A stretch of DNA of 64,000 nucleotides from Calditrichia bacterium. GTDB taxonomy: Bacteria; Calditrichota; Calditrichia; JAJRVZ01. The stretch is taken from NCBI GenBank assembly GCA_963777955.1, contig CAVZSQ010000022.1, positions 512,001-576,000 of the forward strand. Direction: 5' to 3'. Each line of letters begins with the position of its first letter. Position 1 is the stretch's first letter. Of this stretch, positions 62,365 to 64,000 are shown one piece after another. The notes beneath the pieces were generated by a model. That model worked only from the letters and a program-made list of their open reading frames with translations. It did no database searches and had not been told where the DNA came from. The position numbers and the translations under genes are program-made.

Positions 62365-62423
62365 TAACCCATCCCCTTTTCCCCTTCCCTTATGTATAAG
62401 GGAAGGGGATAGGGGATAGGTTA
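62365..62423. repeat. Long imperfect palindrome (CCCCTTCCC..GGGAAGGGG type)
   Basis: TAACCCATCCCCTTTTCCCCTTCCCTTAT-GT-ATAAGGGAAGGGGATAGGGGATAGGTTA. Confidence 0.7.
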
Positions 62424-63434
62424 TTTCTCATGATTCTTACGGATTATGCTGGATTGTTTATCCTTAAGTTTTTCAATCTGGTTTAAAATAGCAAAATAAC
62501 CGCGGCCAAATTCTTCCTGTAAGTGGGCCAGTACCGATTTTTTTATTTTCAATTGCTGATATAATTCATAGTAACGGGAATATAAGCGGATCAATTCTTC
62601 AGCAGACCAGGCTCTGCGCTGCGGGGCTGTAATTTCCAGGTTCTCTTTAATGCGGGCCAACAGATATCCCGGATGCATTAAGCGCAATTCTTTAAGATGA
62701 TGCTTGAACGCCTCACGATTGATTTCAAAACCTACGATGCGCCGTTTCAAACCGAGGGCAACTTTTGCCGTGGAAAAGCCCCCCAGAAAGAAATCAGCGA
62801 TCAGGTCCCCTTCTTTGCTGCTGTATTGCATCAGCTTTAACAACAACTCGGTGGGCAACTCATTTCTATTCTTAATCTCGCCCGGTTTATATTCACGGTT
62901 GATCAGCCAGACATCTTCGCGATCGGCATAATTGAGGGAGTGTCCATGGTTATCCCGTTCTTTACTGCCAAAACGACTGTAGGTATTAAAAGTCACCTTG
63001 CCGCCTGGTTTAATATAATAGAGAATATGATAATGGGCAGAGACATATTTTCGTGTAGTATAGACTCCGAAGTTATATTTCCAGATTATATGATTGACCG
63101 GTTTCAATTGTGTGGTACTCAGGGCATTCAATATATCGCCGAGATTCGTATAACCGGATAATATATACAAACTTCCCCCCGGCCGTAATACGCGTTCCGC
63201 CTGTCTGATCCAGTTCATACTGAACCGGGCATAATCCTTCCGGGCAATTTCCACATACCCGTCCAGTACATACTTTTCACGGCGATGGTAGTGACGATAC
63301 AATTGATCACCTTCTATGCCGAAAGGGGGATCAGTAATAAACAGATCCACACTGTCGTCGCTTATATGTTTTTTTGCTCCGCTGATACATTCCAGCGGAT
63401 AAAGTTGAAACCATTTCTGCTGCGGTTTAGGCAT
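62421..63434 (-). CDS. Site-specific DNA methyltransferase (N4-C/N6-A, beta order), orphan
   Basis: Catalytic DPPF near the N-terminus, RVLRPGGS, and SAM-binding DFFLGGFST...GFEIN. Confidence 0.88.
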   Translation of the reverse strand: MPKPQQKWFQLYPLECISGAKKHISDDSVDLFITDPPFGIEGDQLYRHYHRREKYVLDGYVEIARKDYARFSMNWIRQAERVLRPGGSLYILSGYTNLGDILNALSTTQLKPVNHIIWKYNFGVYTTRKYVSAHYHILYYIKPGGKVTFNTYSRFGSKERDNHGHSLNYADREDVWLINREYKPGEIKNRNELPTELLLKLMQYSSKEGDLIADFFLGGFSTAKVALGLKRRIVGFEINREAFKHHLKELRLMHPGYLLARIKENLEITAPQRRAWSAEELIRLYSRYYELYQQLKIKKSVLAHLQEEFGRGYFAILNQIEKLKDKQSSIIRKNHEK

Positions 63435-63464
63435 AAGATTCGTCTTTTATCTGTGGTACAGGTT

Positions 63465-64000
63465 TTATTCGTTCAATAACATTATGATCAGACGCAGGCA
63501 GATGAGCAGTAATAATAAACCCAGGGCGGTTTTACGCCAGTATAAGGAGATCTGCAGATTTATCTTTACACCATATTTGGCAAACAGGGCACTGCCGCAA
63601 AAAAGTACCAGGGCGGTGTCCAGGTGAATTAAACCCAGAGTCAGGCCTGCGGCAGCGCCGGTATGGGTCAGGGCAAAAGAGATACTGCCAAAAAGGGTGG
63701 TAAAGATCATAATGGCATTTGAGGTCGGGGTGGCCTGAATATTCTTCACCAGACCGGCGATCAGCATCATTGGAGTAGTGATAGCGCCTCCGCCCACGCC
63801 TGTCATTCCGGAAACTGTACCGATCAGCGCACCAATCGATAGCGGAACGATTTTGCCTGCTGGCGGGACGCAGATGTTATCTCTTTTTTTGAGTTGATCA
63901 GGAAAGTCTGAATCGCTACCCAGAGCAGGACACAGATAAAAACAACGATCAGGATTTTCTCGGGCAGCAGGATGGCGACCCGTGCGGCCAGAAAGGAAAA
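63465..64000 (-). CDS. TauE/SafE (TSUP) family membrane protein, 5'-truncated by the window and frameshifted
   Basis: GALIGTVSGMTGVGGGAITTP..ATPTS; upstream hydrophobic segments lie in other frames. Confidence 0.75.
   Translation of the reverse strand, partial: FLSGRTGRHPAARENPDRCFYLCPALGSDSDFPDQLKKRDNICVPPAGKIVPLSIGALIGTVSGMTGVGGGAITTPMMLIAGLVKNIQATPTSNAIMIFTTLFGSISFALTHTGAAAGLTLGLIHLDTALVLFCGSALFAKYGVKINLQISLYWRKTALGLLLLLICLRLIIMLLNE

Overview
A 64-kb core-chromosome segment from a diderm (Gram-negative-type) bacterium. Gene content suggests an FCB-group/Calditrichota-like lineage, but this is an inference and was not verified. From left to right it contains: the 3' part of an rRNA operon (23S, 5S); a surface-glycan locus (glycosyltransferases, O-antigen ligase-like gene, wcaJ, wzx, a complete pseudaminic acid pathway, gmhA); a GGGP-synthase-family gene; pyrRBC with a PyrR attenuator; a Pho block (phoB-phoR-porin-pstSCAB-phoU, with a Pho box) next to tRNA-Val; cpoB/ybgF; mreBCD-mrdA-rodA; purNH; ldcA; several accessory genes; a flotillin / aspartate aminotransferase fusion / PEP carboxykinase / ndk operon; rplM-rpsI-rpsB-tsf-pyrH-frr; a GT2 / radical-SAM / outer-membrane-barrel / flippase cluster; a non-coding region rich in DnaA-box-like 9-mers; an exported Ni-SOD; an orphan DNA methyltransferase; and a partial TauE/SafE gene. 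Many genes carry single-base frameshifts that are probably long-read consensus errors. The best candidate for an undescribed system is an aspartate aminotransferase fused to a catalytically degenerate, Cys-rich PEPCK-fold domain, encoded directly upstream of an intact ATP-type PEPCK and Ndk, which may form an Asp->OAA->PEP channelling or regulatory complex. No CRISPR array, prophage, integrase or transposase was seen.
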